From assembly GCF_004010195.1 (NCBI RefSeq), contig NC_057752.1:501449-538348 (forward strand): a stretch of DNA of 36,900 bases. The letters run 5' to 3'. The position numbers were made by a program, and so were the translations under genes. This document shows, piece by piece, positions 1 to 11,095 of this stretch (the stretch's first letter is position 1; each line of letters begins with the position of its first letter). The notes under the pieces are model-generated. The model had not been told where the DNA came from and ran no database searches. It saw only the letters and a program-made list of their open reading frames with translations. Source of the DNA: Chiloscyllium plagiosum. Its lineage: Eukaryota.

Positions 1-510
1 TTCCTATACCATCTATACCCTGGAACATTAAGCTGCTAATCCTGCCCTTCCCTGATCCACATCTGTAAACACTATGAGATCCCAGTCCCATGTTCCCAAC
101 CATGCCGAGTTTATCTGCCTTACCTGTCATGCCTCATGCATTGAAATAAATGTAGTTTAATTTATCAGTCTTACCTCATCCTCTGCTTTGCTCTTGCCTG
201 CCTTGACTATTTAACTTGCTCCTCTTTTCAAAATATACCAGCCTCAAACTTTCTTTTCTCATTATCTCTCTGGTCCCATCCATTCCCCCATCCCACCCTT
301 ACTAGTTTAAAAGTCCCGAATAGCACTAGCAAATCTCCCCACCAGGATATTGGGCCCCTTCCAATTCAGGTGCAACCTGTCCTTTTTATTCAGGTCACTT
401 CAACCGCAGGAGAGATTCCAAAGATCCAAAAATGTGAATCCCTTCCCCTGCACTGGCTCCTCAGTCACGCATTCATCTGCTCTATCTTCCTATTCCTGCT
501 CTCACTAGCA
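1..510 (-). mobile_element. CR1-type LINE fragment spanning the ORF1 3' end (SGNH/esterase-like) and the ORF2 5' end (APE endonuclease), decayed
   Basis: The reverse strand reads DRLHLNWKGPNILVGRFASAIR (CR1 ORF1 esterase motif, DGLHLN..GTNIL), followed by frameshifted pieces of the APE N-terminus (WLGTWDWDL...QLNVPGYR). Confidence 0.8.
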
Positions 511-1802
511 ATGAGCTGAATGGCCTTCCCCATCTGTAACTATCTTCAACACAAGTACTGCAACAGAAATGAAGAATCAAGAAGAACGTGAGAAACAGCA
601 CGGTAGATCCGTGAACACATGTCAACAGTGGGATGGGTAGACAGAGTTGGACAATCACTTGTGAGTTCACTTAAACAAACTCTTGGAATTTCACACTGTG
701 CCATTCACTCACTCCCTCGGTTGGGAGGCAGGTAACTACATTTTCCCACTGTGACACTGATTCGGACAAGTTCCACCACTATCTAAAGCAAACCAGTTGA
801 TGCCATGGGATAAGATAACTTCAGTACAGGCAGGTTGATTAGATGCCCACTTTGCTGCATACGCTGATATGGCAGTGATGTCAGTCAATAAACTGGTTGA
901 CAGATTGAAAAACAAAAGGAAACCTTCATGCAAAAAATTTGGAAAGGTGGAATGACTATCACTTCGAGTGAAGTCTCCTCCAACTGATTCCTAACTGACA
1001 CCAGCACTCGCCTGGTGTGGTAACTCCAATGTCATGTCCTATTCTGCAATGCAATTCACCTTTCTCTGTACTTCTCCACTCACTCCCTTATCTTTTTTCA
1101 AACTTTGACTGACTGTCAGTCTCCCAGCTATCTCCTCATACTAGCAAGTCAATGCAAACCTGGCAGCCTCCCTTGCTTCTTGCCTGTAGCTGTTCCTGTG
1201 TATTTGTGAGAGCCACTGGGACTCACCAGCTATTCTTTCCTTATCATATGCCTCCATAAGCCATCGTGTCCAGTTCCTGTTCCTTCACTTACTGCTTCTT
1301 GGCACACCTATTCTCCAGGTTTTTATAAACACTTCATTCCTTCAACTTTTGTCAATAAACCAAGAAAACAGAAGACTGGAACCACCTTAAAGTACCGCAG
1401 GACATAAAGAAGACCAGAGCCATACTGGCTAAGCTCACTATCTATGTTTCTTTGAATCCCAGTTTGTAATTGACAAATTTAGCACTGAGCCTGATCTGCG
1501 CAAGTGACAACTAAACCTCTCTCTGATCCTCTCAATCACATGGCTTACTTGAATGTTGTCACCGATGAGGCAAGCGGCCTTAAATCAAACTACAGAGACA
1601 GACTGAAGCCATTGACAGCTCACACAAATTATTACACTAAGGCCTAAAGACCACCCTTTGAGCCTCCACATTCAGGAACATGCTAGGAGTCTGCTATCAG
1701 TTATAACAATGATGTGGAGGAGCTGATTTTGGACCAGGGTGGACAAAGTTAAAAAAAAAATCACACAATGCCAGGTTATAGTCCAATAGGTTTAATTGGA
1801 AG

Positions 1803-1837
1803 CAGTAGCTTTCGGAGCTCTGCTCCTTCATCAGGTA
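1803..1837 (-). ncRNA. Minimal type I hammerhead ribozyme motif (PLE-associated), helix I damaged
   Basis: Minus strand: UAC CUGAUGA A GGAGC AGA GCUCC GAA AGCU A CUG. Core and stem II are intact, but the first helix I pair is C.C. Confidence 0.65.
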
Positions 1838-2604
1838 GCTGTGGAACAGGATCATAAGACACAGGATTGTGAGAAGATTTGTAGCTCGGGTGCTTGGAAT
1901 CACAACACAGGATTTATAGTAAAAGGTTACAGTGTCATGTAACTGAAATTATATATTGAACTAACCTAGATTGCTGTTAACTCTTTCGTCTTTTAGAATG
2001 GCTTGCAGGTTTTGGTTCATTGATATGTAAATCCCAGAACTTTTTTTTAAGTCACATTCTCAAGGTAACTTTTATAAAAAAAGGTGACATCTCAGCTCAG
2101 ACAATGCATTGAAGGTGCGAGGTTAGAGTCTGTCTGTATCCCAAACTTGAGTCGGACTGGTTCTATTTCCAAAGTAGGAATTTATAAAATATTACATGGA
2201 TTGACTGCCTGCAAGTTTTGCACTTTTTGAGCAAAATAGAATTTTTGCTCAAAAAGTGCACAATCTGCAGGCAGTCAATCCATGTAATATTTTATAAATT
2301 CCTACTTTGGAAATAGAACCAGTCCGACTCAAGATTGGGATACAGACAAGCTCTAACCTCACACCTTTAATGCATTGTCTGAGCTGAGATGTCACTTTTT
2401 TTTTATCATAAAACCTTAAGTTGTCTCGAGAATGTGAGTTAAAAGAAGTTCTGGGATTTACATATTAATGAACCGAAACCTGCAACCCATTTTAAAAGAT
2501 GAAAGACTTAACAGCAATCTAGGTTTGTTCAATATGTAACTTCAGTTACATGACACTGTAACCTTTTGCTATAAATTCTGTGTGTTATGATCTTGTTCCA
2601 CAGC

Positions 2605-2639
2605 TACCTGATGAAGGAGCAGCACTCCAAAAGCTAATG
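2605..2639 (+). ncRNA. Degenerate minimal hammerhead motif (catalytic G12 mutated)
   Basis: UAC CUGAUGA AGGAGCAGCACUCC AAAAGCUA AUG; GAAA has become AAAA. Confidence 0.55.
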
Positions 2640-2707
2640 CTTCCAAGTAAACCTATTGGACTATAACCTGGTGTTGTGTGATTTTTTAAATCTGTTATAA
2701 TGCCCAC

Positions 2708-2940
2708 AAACAAAAACAGAAATTGCTGAAAATCTCAGCAGGTCTGGCAGCATTTGTGGAGAGAAAGCAGAGTTAACATTTTGGAGTCCAGTGACCCTTC
2801 TTCAGAAGTGTTGTGAAGAAAAGTCCCCAGACTCGAGACATTAACTCTGCTTCCTTTCCACATATACGGCCAGACTTGCCGAGTTTCTCCAGCGATTTCT
2901 GTTTTTGTTTCAGATTTCCAGCATCCGCAGTTCCCTGTTT
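2708..2940. mobile_element. Second, shorter PLE-derived fold-back element (~200-bp hairpin plus unpaired tail), different family
   Basis: 2708-2807 pairs imperfectly with 2811-2910 (aaacaaaaacagaaattgctg... / ...cagcgatttctgtttttgttt). Degenerate CUGAAGA..GAAAC hammerhead remnants lie near the centre. The same terminus recurs at 14887-14990. Confidence 0.75.
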
Positions 2941-2984
2941 TAGTTATAACATTCAATGTGGTCTTAATCGATACTGACGGAAAA

Positions 2985-3150
2985 ATGAATATTGGCCATG
3001 ATACCAGGTGAGCATCTCAGTCCTCTTTGAAATAGTGCCACATAATATCTTCTGTCCAACTAAGAGGTTAGATGGGCACTTCAGTTTAATGTCTCATCCA
3101 AAAAGAAGTGACACCTCCAACAGTGCAACACTCCCACAGTACTACAGTAA
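2985..3150 (-). mobile_element. Deu-domain SINE fragment (SacSINE1/AmnSINE-like)
   Basis: aatattggcca...gaaatagtgcca...gtttaatgtctcatccaaaa...acacctccaacagtgcaacactcccacagtact matches the reverse complement of the Deu core as I recall it. Related copies at 6760, 10655 and 33640. Confidence 0.7.
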
Positions 3151-3944
3151 ATTTCCAGACAGGCAGTAGTTGAAATCCGAATACTCCTTCCTTCAGCAAA
3201 TGTTTGATGGCGTTTCAAACTGTTAGCAATCGCAATCACTGAAATTGTCTGTAATTATATACTAAGAGGGATAACAGACAATTCATTTTGATTTTCTGAT
3301 GAATACTGACAGCAACTTGGAAAAATTAAATCTTTTCTCAATTCAGGCATTTTATGAATTTTCACCTACGTAGTTGCATTTTCATTAATTCATTTGTTAG
3401 CTGTAATTAAACCATTCTTAAAGACTGCACGTGTATAGGTGAGCTACATGTTTGGCTTGTGTTACCGAAAAACAGATTTAAAAGGAAAAATTAAACTTTG
3501 GATGCTATTGGCTGACACATGAACTGGAGGAGGCCATTTTACCCTTTCTTGAGGCTGTTGCATTCGAACAGGAGGAGGCAATTCTTTTTTTTACACAGAG
3601 TGAGGTAAATTAGCGAAGCCAATCATATTTATGGCATGCATGGGGCAATATTGGGGTCAAATGAGCTTTTAATAAACTCAATTAACCCTTAAATTATTTA
3701 CCTACATACAATGGATGCGCAGGTAATAGGCTAGACGATCCCTACTATGTGTGCCCCCTCCCCAACCCCTACCAAAAATATACCCCGTGGAGACATGTAA
3801 TATCCAACCCACCAATCTGTTCTGCAAGCCCCTGGAGTCTATTTACCAATTTAGTTTGCAATGCCCATTTGTTGCTTGCTTCCCAGATATAAAGTTACAA
3901 GACTTATCTCATCATTCCATGGATCCCACCTCATCTCTCTAAAG

Positions 3945-4175
3945 TTCCTTCAACCCTACTACCCTCTAAGATATCTGTGCTCCTCCAATTCCAGCTCCTG
4001 AGCATCCTGGTTTTAATTGCTCGACAGCTGGCAGCCCGGAGCTTGAAATTCTTTCCCTAAACCTCTCCACATCTCTACCTCTAACTCTGCCTTTCAGACA
4101 TTCCTTGCAAGTTTACTCTTTGGCTAAACTCTTGATTACCTGTCCCAAAATCGCACATGGCTTGGTGTCAAATTG
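3945..4175 (+). mobile_element. L2-like LINE 3' remnant
   Basis: accctctaagatatctgtgctcctccaattc...ttccctaaacctctccac...tggcttggtgtcaaatt is homologous to the L2 tail at 24820-25025. Confidence 0.6.
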
Positions 4176-5061
4176 CATTTAATAGGCACTTTGGTAGATG
4201 TGCCTCACAAATGCAAGTTATTATGAAAAACACAAGCTTTTCCACATGTGCAGTTGAGTTTGTTCAGCAAGTGAAACTGACATCCTACCCAATATGCGAG
4301 TCAGTTCCACAGCACAGAAATCTCTTGGGCAATATTCCAATCCCATTCCTTCAAGCAATTCAATAACATAAATACAGCATTCAAGGCAGCTAAGCTCTCA
4401 CCCACCGCCCCCACACTTTGACAAGGATTGCAAAAGCATCCTATCAGTTAGAACAGATTCTTTCCTAGTTTGTGGTTTTAAGTACAGCTGTAAATTTAAC
4501 TGGAGGTAAGGAAAAGCCAAAAAATGGACAGGAAAAGGAAAACAGGGAGAAAAGGAAGAAAATATGAAAGGGGACAAAAATGTTGCAAATAAAAAGGGTG
4601 AGAAAAGAATTATGTACAAGGTTTTAAAACCAGTGTATTTAGGGAGCATGAAGATACATGGGTAAACAGCCAACTTTACATTATATAAAACTCACAAATT
4701 CACACACACACACGCAACAACTATGACACAGTGCACATAAATATTTACAGCATTGTCACTAACCAATCTCCAGATTTTGGCATTTCTGTTAAAAGACAAG
4801 TGGCAGGATGAGGTGATATGGTTACATCTACAAATTGCAGTAATTGTTTCAATCTCTTCTCTCTCTTCCATCTCTGAAAAGCATTGACATGACAGTGATA
4901 TGTTCAACACTGCCTTCTGCTACCTCACCCAGGTAGCCATTCTTTCTCTGCAAACCTCACAGCAGACAACACTTTTAACTTGGACAGAGACACAAGTGAC
5001 AAGTGGCCATTATAAACACAATCCAATCAAATTGGTCTATTGACTTGAATCAAAAGGAACA

Positions 5062-6137
5062 TTTGATCACACAGCACTGCCCTTTGATGTGAAGGGCAGT
5101 GTTTGTCACTGGCCACCCGGGTGTTTTCCTATCTTCCTGGTGGTGGAAATTGAATAAAGATTCGTGCACTTTGTGTCTCTCACTGTGTCTCCCACCTGTA
5201 CACACACACACCATGGGTTCTGGGGATAAAATAAGCACTACCGCACTTAGGTGGTAGTGTGGGGGTTAAAAGAGAAAAAAATAAACAGCAGTGTTCCCTA
5301 CCCTCCCCTTCACTGTTTTGATCACACAGCACTGCCCTTTGATGTGAAGGGCAGTGTTTGTCACTGGCCACCCGGGTGTTTTTCCTATCTTCCTGTGGTG
5401 GAATTTGAATAAAGATTCGTGCACTTTGTGTCTCTCACTGTGTCTCACTCCTACATCCACACACCATGGGTGCTGGGGATAAAATAAACACTACCGCACT
5501 TAGGTGGTAGTGTGGGGGTTAAAGGAAAAAAAAAGAACTATATAAAAAAATACAGGAGATTCCTACCCTCCCCTTCACTGTTTTAAAAAAAAAATAAAAT
5601 AAATGGGACATTAGAGGTGGGCGCCGCAGGATAAAAAAAAATCAAAAGGAACATTTGATCACACAGCACTGCCCTTTGATGTGAAGGGCAGTGTTTGTCA
5701 CTGGCCACCCGGGTGTTTTCCTATCTTCCTAGTGGTGGAATTTGAATAAAGATTCATGCACTTTGTGTCTTTCACTGTGTCTCACACCTGCACACACACA
5801 CCACGGGTGCTGGGGAAAAATATAAGCACTACCGCACTTAGGTGGTAGTGTGGGGGTTAAAAGAGAAAAAAAAAACAGCAGTGTTCCCTACCCTCCCCTT
5901 CACTGTTTTGATCACACAGCACTGCCCTTTGTTGTGAAGGGCAGTGTTTGTCACTGGCCACCCGGGTGTTTTCCTATCTTCCTGGTGGTGGAAATTGAAT
6001 AAAGATTCGTGCACCTTGTGTCTCTCACTGTGTCTCACACCTGCACACACACACACCATGGGTGCTCGGGAAAAATAAGCACTTCCGCAGCTAGGCAGTA
6101 GTGTGGGGGTTTAAAAAAAAATAAACAGGGAAAAAAA
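5062..6137 (+). repeat. Array of four ~250-bp monomers (two dimers) of a poly(A)-tailed retroposed unit, possibly a Tx1-type LINE 3' UTR
   Basis: Monomers start tttgatcacacagcactgccc at 5062, 5317, 5654 and 5907. Each has AATAAA plus a GT-rich tract, two hairpins and an A-rich tail. The 14-mer aatcaaaaggaaca lies at 5048-5061, 5640-5653 and 6138-6151. The family name is from recall only. Confidence 0.85.
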
Positions 6138-6417
6138 AATCAAAAGGAACAATAGTTCCAGGGAGAGGAAAACTGGTGGCTAATCCAACTGTCTTATATC
6201 CCTTCCAAAGTTGAAAGCTTTGCCCCACTTCAGCAGACCACATGACTGTAGATGGGATCACAGACAGGCCTGGATTTTATCCAAATCAAACAAAACACAC
6301 AGACACCATTTCCACATTCCAGTTACAGAAGAGTGATCAGGAGATGGGTGCCTTAGTTGAATTTTCCTCTGCTTAATCCAGAGAGGTGAGCACAGATCAA
6401 AAAAACAAAAAGGGGAC

Positions 6418-6649
6418 TATAGTGATTGTAACAAGGTCAGCCAGCTGGACCTCACAGAATATGAGTTCCCTTATTGGGGCTGTTAATCAGGTTCTATCAG
6501 GGAGCCCTGGCTGACATAGAAAAAGGGTTAGTGTCAGAGATGCTGACACTCTGCCTGACTCTAAGAGGCAGTACTATAGTCAAGGACTGTTCATGTGTAA
6601 ATAGAGGATGACTTGGTGATGGGATGCCAGCCTCTGTGGAGTTATTTCA
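6418..6649 (+). mobile_element. Solo LTR (~232 bp), LTR retrotransposon
   Basis: Begins tatagtgattgtaa (TG in the other copy) and ends gagttatttCA. Perfect 5-bp TSD GGGAC (6413-6417 / 6650-6654). Second copy at 15328-15561. Confidence 0.8.
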
Positions 6650-6759
6650 GGGACTTTCCTTGCTATGTGAGCTCAGTATTACATACAGGTATTTATTTCT
6701 TTATTTAGCCAAAGGAAGTGATGATCAATTACTTTTCTTTAAAACATAAACTATGATTC

Positions 6760-7950
6760 AGAGGGTAGCATCCTTGCCTCTGTGTCAGAAGGTTCAAGTC
6801 TAACCCTATCACAGCACAGAGACTACAGCATAAACTTTAGATTGACACTTCAATTGAGTCTTATGGGAGTGCTGCACTCTCAGAGATACCGTCTTTTGGA
6901 CAACGCATTAAACTGAGACATTTTCATCTGGCTGTACCAATCCTCTGGCACTATTTAAAGAACACAGAAATTAGTCCTAATGCCCTAGCCAAGATTTATC
7001 CCTTAAACATGACTTAAACATTTAGAGTCATAGAGATGTGCAGCACGGATACAGACTCTTCGGTCCAATTCGTCCAGGCCGACCAGATATCCTAACCTAA
7101 TCTAGTCCCATTTTCCAGCACTCGGTCCTATCCCTCAACCTTTACTATTCATATATAGTACCCATCCAGATGCCTTTTAAATGCTGTAATTGTACCAGCC
7201 TCCACCACCTTTTCTGGTAGCTCATTCCATACAAGCACCACCCTCTGCATGAAAACGGTGACCCTTGGGTCCCTTTTAAATTTTTCCCCTCCCACCATAA
7301 ACCTATGCCCTCTAGTTCTGAACTCTTCCACCCCACAGAAAAGGCCTTCTCTATTTATCCTATCCATGCCTCTCATGACTTTATCAACCTTTATAAGATC
7401 ACCCTCAGCCTCTAACGCTCCAAGAAAAACAGCCCCAGCCTATTCAACCTCTCCCTATAGCTCAAATCCTCCAACCCTGGCAACATCTTGTAATTTTTTT
7501 TCTGAATCCTTTCAAGTTTCACAACATCCTTCCAATAGGAGAAAGACAAGAATTGCGCGCAATATTCCAAAAGTGGCCTAACCAATGTCGTGTACAGCCA
7601 CAAAATGACCTCCCAACTCCTGTACTCAATACTCTGAACAATAAAGGAAAGCATACCAAACACCCTCTTCACTATCCTATCTACCTGCAACTCCACTTTC
7701 AAGGAACTATGAACCTGCACTCCAAGGTCCCTTTGTTCAGCAACACTCCCCAGGACCTTACCATTAAGTGTAAAAGTCCTGCTCTGATTTGCCTTTCCAA
7801 AATGCTTATTATTTGCTATTTGTACAAGTAAACTGGCTGCTATGATTCCTAAATTAAAACAGGGACTATACTTTGAAAGAACTTCATTACATATGAAGCA
7901 CTTTGCAATGACTTGAGGTCACACAAGACACAATATAAATGCAAGTTCTT
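6760..7950 (+). mobile_element. Deu-domain SINE (6760-7015 head and core; 7810-7950 tail) interrupted by a CR1 insertion
   Basis: Core ggagtgctgcactctcagagataccgtcttttgga...ggcactatttaaagaa. The tail aagcactttgcaatgacttgaggtc...atataaatgcaagttctt resumes after the CR1. Confidence 0.65.
7023..7805 (-). mobile_element. CR1/HER1-type LINE 3' end (RT C-terminus plus 3' UTR)
   Basis: Minus ORFs 7412-7720 (LYTTLVRPLLEYCAQF...RERLNRLGLFFLER) and 7149-7376 (WNELPEKVVEAGTITAFKRHLDGY), with a ctatgactcta-type tail at the left end. Confidence 0.9.
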
Positions 7951-8292
7951 ACTTTCTTTCAACAAGGCACTGTCTGTCCTCATTTGACTGGACTCGTCAG
8001 ATTAAGTCTCTACCAGCCAGTATTGGCAGTCGGGGCAAAGTAAATACTGAAAATATGTATGGAAAAGACCTTGCAATTATTCAGAGACTAAAATCCTAAT
8101 CCTAATTGTTCCCAGGCTGGATTGATGGGGAAAATGAATTAAATTTGCAGGACAAAAGGAAGCAATTTTGCTTTGGGCTGTGCAGCCTCACAAGCTTCTT
8201 ACTCTTCCTACTTCATCTGGCCCAGCAACCTAAGTTTCCATTCTTTTCTCCCTCATGTACTTATCGAGCTTCCCCAATTCCTTTTTGGTAAA

Positions 8293-9890
8293 CATTAGAT
8301 GGGATTGAGGTTCACAAGGAGGAGGTGATAGCAATTCTGGAAAGTGTAAAAATAGATAAGTCCTTTGGGCCAGATGGGATTTATCCTAGGATGCACTGGG
8401 AAGCCGGGGGGAGATTGCCGAGCCTTTGGCTTTGATCTTTTTGTCATCATTGTCTACAGGAATAGTGCCAGAAGACTGGAGGATAGCAAATGTTGTTCCC
8501 TTGTTCAAGAAGGGGAGTAGAGAAAACCCTGGTAACTATAGACCAGTGAGCCTTACTTTGTTTGTGGGAAAAGTGTTGGAAGAGGTTATAAGAGATAGGA
8601 TTTATAATCATCTAGAAAGGAATAAGTTATTTAGGAAGAGTCAACACAGTTTTGTGAAGGGGAGGTTGTGCCTCACAAACCTTACTGAGTTCTTTGAGAA
8701 GGTGACCAAACAGGTGGATGAGGGTAAGCATTAATGTGGTGTGTATGAATTTCAGTAAGGCATTTGATAAGGTTCCCCACGGTAGGCTATTGCACAAAAT
8801 ATGGAGGCATGGGATTGAGAGTGATTTAGTGGTTTGGTTCAGAAATTGGCTGAAAGAAGACAGAGGGTGGTGGTTGATGGGAAATGTTCATCCTGGAGTT
8901 TAGTTCCTAGTGGTGTACCGCAAGGATTTGTTTTGGGTCTACTGTTGTTTGTCATTTTTTATAAACGACCTGGATAAGGGCATGGAAGAATGGATTGGTA
9001 AATTTGCGGATGACACTAAGCTTGGTAGAGTTGTGGATAGTGCTGAAGGATGTTGGGGGTTACTGAGGGTCATAGATAAGCTGCAGAGCTGGGCTGAGAG
9101 ATGGCAAATGGAGTTTAATGTGGAGAAGTGTGAGGTGATTCACTTTGGAAGGAGCAACAGGAATAAAGAGTACTGGGCTAATGTTAAGGTTCTTGGTAGT
9201 GTAGATGAGCAGAGGGATCTCAGTGTCCATGTGCATAGATCCCTGAAAGTTGTCACCTAGATTGATAGGGTTGTTAAGGAGGCATACGATGTCTTAGCTT
9301 TTATTGGTAGAGGAATTGAATTTCGGAACCATGAGGTTTTGCTGCAGCTGTACAAAACTCTGGTGCAGCCGCACATGGAGTATTGTGTACAGTTCTGGTC
9401 ACCGCATTATAGGAAGGACGTGGAAGCTTTGGAAAGGGTTCAGAGGAGATTTACCAAGATGTTGCCTGGTATGGAGGGAAGATCTTCCGAGGAAAGGCTG
9501 AGAGACTTGAGGTTGTTTTCTTTGGAGAGGAGAAGGTTGACAGGTGACTTAATTGAGACATAAGATAATCAGAGGGTTAGATAGGGTGGACAGTGAGAGT
9601 CTTTTTCATTGGATAGTGATGGCTAGCACAAGGGGGCACAGCTTTAAATTGAGAGGTGATAGTTATAGGACAGATGTCAGAGGTAGTTTCTTTACTCAGA
9701 GAGTAGTAGGGGCGTGGTATACTGCCTGCAACAGTAGTAGACTGGCCAACTTTAAGGGCATTTAAATGGTGATTGGATAAACATGTGGATAAAAATGGAA
9801 TAATGCAGGTTAGATGGGCTTCAGATTGGTTTCACAGGTCAATGCAACATTGAGGGCCGAAGGGCCTGTACTGTGCTGTAATGTTCTATG
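8293..9890 (+). mobile_element. CR1-type LINE, 5'-truncated, RT region with frameshifts
   Basis: ORFs contain VPEDWRIANVVPLFKKG, PGNYRPVSLT, FSKAFDKVPH, FINDLD..KFADDTKLG and LYKTLVQPHMEYCVQFWSP. Ends with a 3' tail tgctgtaatgttctatg. Confidence 0.95.
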
Positions 9891-10654
9891 CTCTGGTTTT
9901 CAAGCAAGTTCCTACAAGGCATGGGCTTAAAGCATAAAATTAATGTGATGTTCCCTAATTCCATGAGGCCACACACTGCCTGGTGTGGAGAATGGAATTA
10001 TTGTCCTGGTGCAATAGGGGTTTCAGCACTGTCAACATCCAATGTGGCAATGTAAATTTCATGAAGACTTTTAAAATGACAATCACCCCCTCAATTTAAA
10101 AAAATACTATTTTGTATCCAGCAAACACAAAACCAGCAACATCTGCATCAACTGTATGCAGATCAAACTGTTAAAAGTAACCACATAATAGCGTACAATG
10201 TAACTGTGCGGCTGTAAAGTGGGTGATCCAAAGGCTATTTTGAGGGTCACAACTGCTGCCAGAATTGTAATTTTAAATAATTTCCAAGAAATGGAGGAAA
10301 AAAAGCTGACAGACATGCTGGGCTGAATGTCCTTCTCCCATGCTGTATAATTCTGCGAGAGGTGTGGTGCTTTTCAACATAATGTTGTTCAAGTTCACTT
10401 CAGGTAAGAAAATAGAAACAAATTTTCATGTTAAATCCTAAAACTAACGTATCTAATTCTCAGCCAATACAATTTAATGGAGCGAAGCAAATTCATTTCT
10501 TCACTGTCCAACATTGCTAAAGTTGAACATATGTAATTTGTCTACAAACTCAAGCCTATTGCAAGTCTATTACAGAAAAGCCAAACATTATCCTCCTGTG
10601 GATTTTTATCCAAGCAGGCCTCTCCCTATAAAATGGAACATACAGTCAAAGACA

Positions 10655-11050
10655 TGCTTTCTATGACACCTTTCACAACTTTAGGACAACTTAAGGCACT
10701 TACAGCCATAAAAATACTCTTGAAATGGCACTGTTATAATGCAGGAAGCAAAGCCAATTTATATTTAGCAAGCTCCCACAAACAATAATGTGATAGTAAC
10801 TAAACAATTATTTTTAAGTTATATTGCTAGAGAGATAAATGTTGGTCAGGACATCAGGAGAACTCCCCTGCTCTTCAAAATAGTGCCACTTTACATCTAC
10901 CTGAAGGGACAGTTTAATGTTGCATCTGAAAAATAGCAACCCCCTCCCCCGCCCCCCCCCAGTGCAGTACTCCTTTGTTCTGCAATGGATTATTTTATTA
11001 AATCTCTGGGAGTTTGAATCTGATTTCTTCTTCTGACTTAGACGCAAGAA
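10655..11050 (-). mobile_element. Deu-domain SINE
   Basis: gataaatgttggtcaggacatcaggagaactcccctgctcttcaaaatagtgcca...gtttaatgttgcatctgaaa; same family as 2985. Confidence 0.7.
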
Positions 11051-11095
11051 CAATAACATGGTGACAAGCTCAGCACATACCCCATTTGTGCACGT

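Larger units (their letters stand above)
1709..2689. mobile_element. Penelope-like element terminal repeat (pLTR) as an inverted fold-back dimer, a ~940-bp palindrome
   Basis: Arms ~1750-2236 and 2243-~2688 are reverse complements around the loop TAGAAT (2237-2242). Each arm has the PLE terminal motif cctgatgaaggagc..ctcc(g/a)aaagct. Flanking TSD-like repeat atcagttataa (1696-1706) / atctgttataa (2690-2700). Confidence 0.85.

Noticed and set aside
5236..5270. U1 snRNA-like GTGGTAGTG..GGGGG in the 250-bp monomer (SINEU idea)
   Set aside because: The match is only ~13 nt; there is no U1 5' end (ATACTTACCTGG) or other U1 stem.
5062..6137. Hammerhead retrozyme array
   Set aside because: No CUGANGA..GAAA core was found on either strand of the monomer. 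Other ribozyme classes cannot be excluded by eye.
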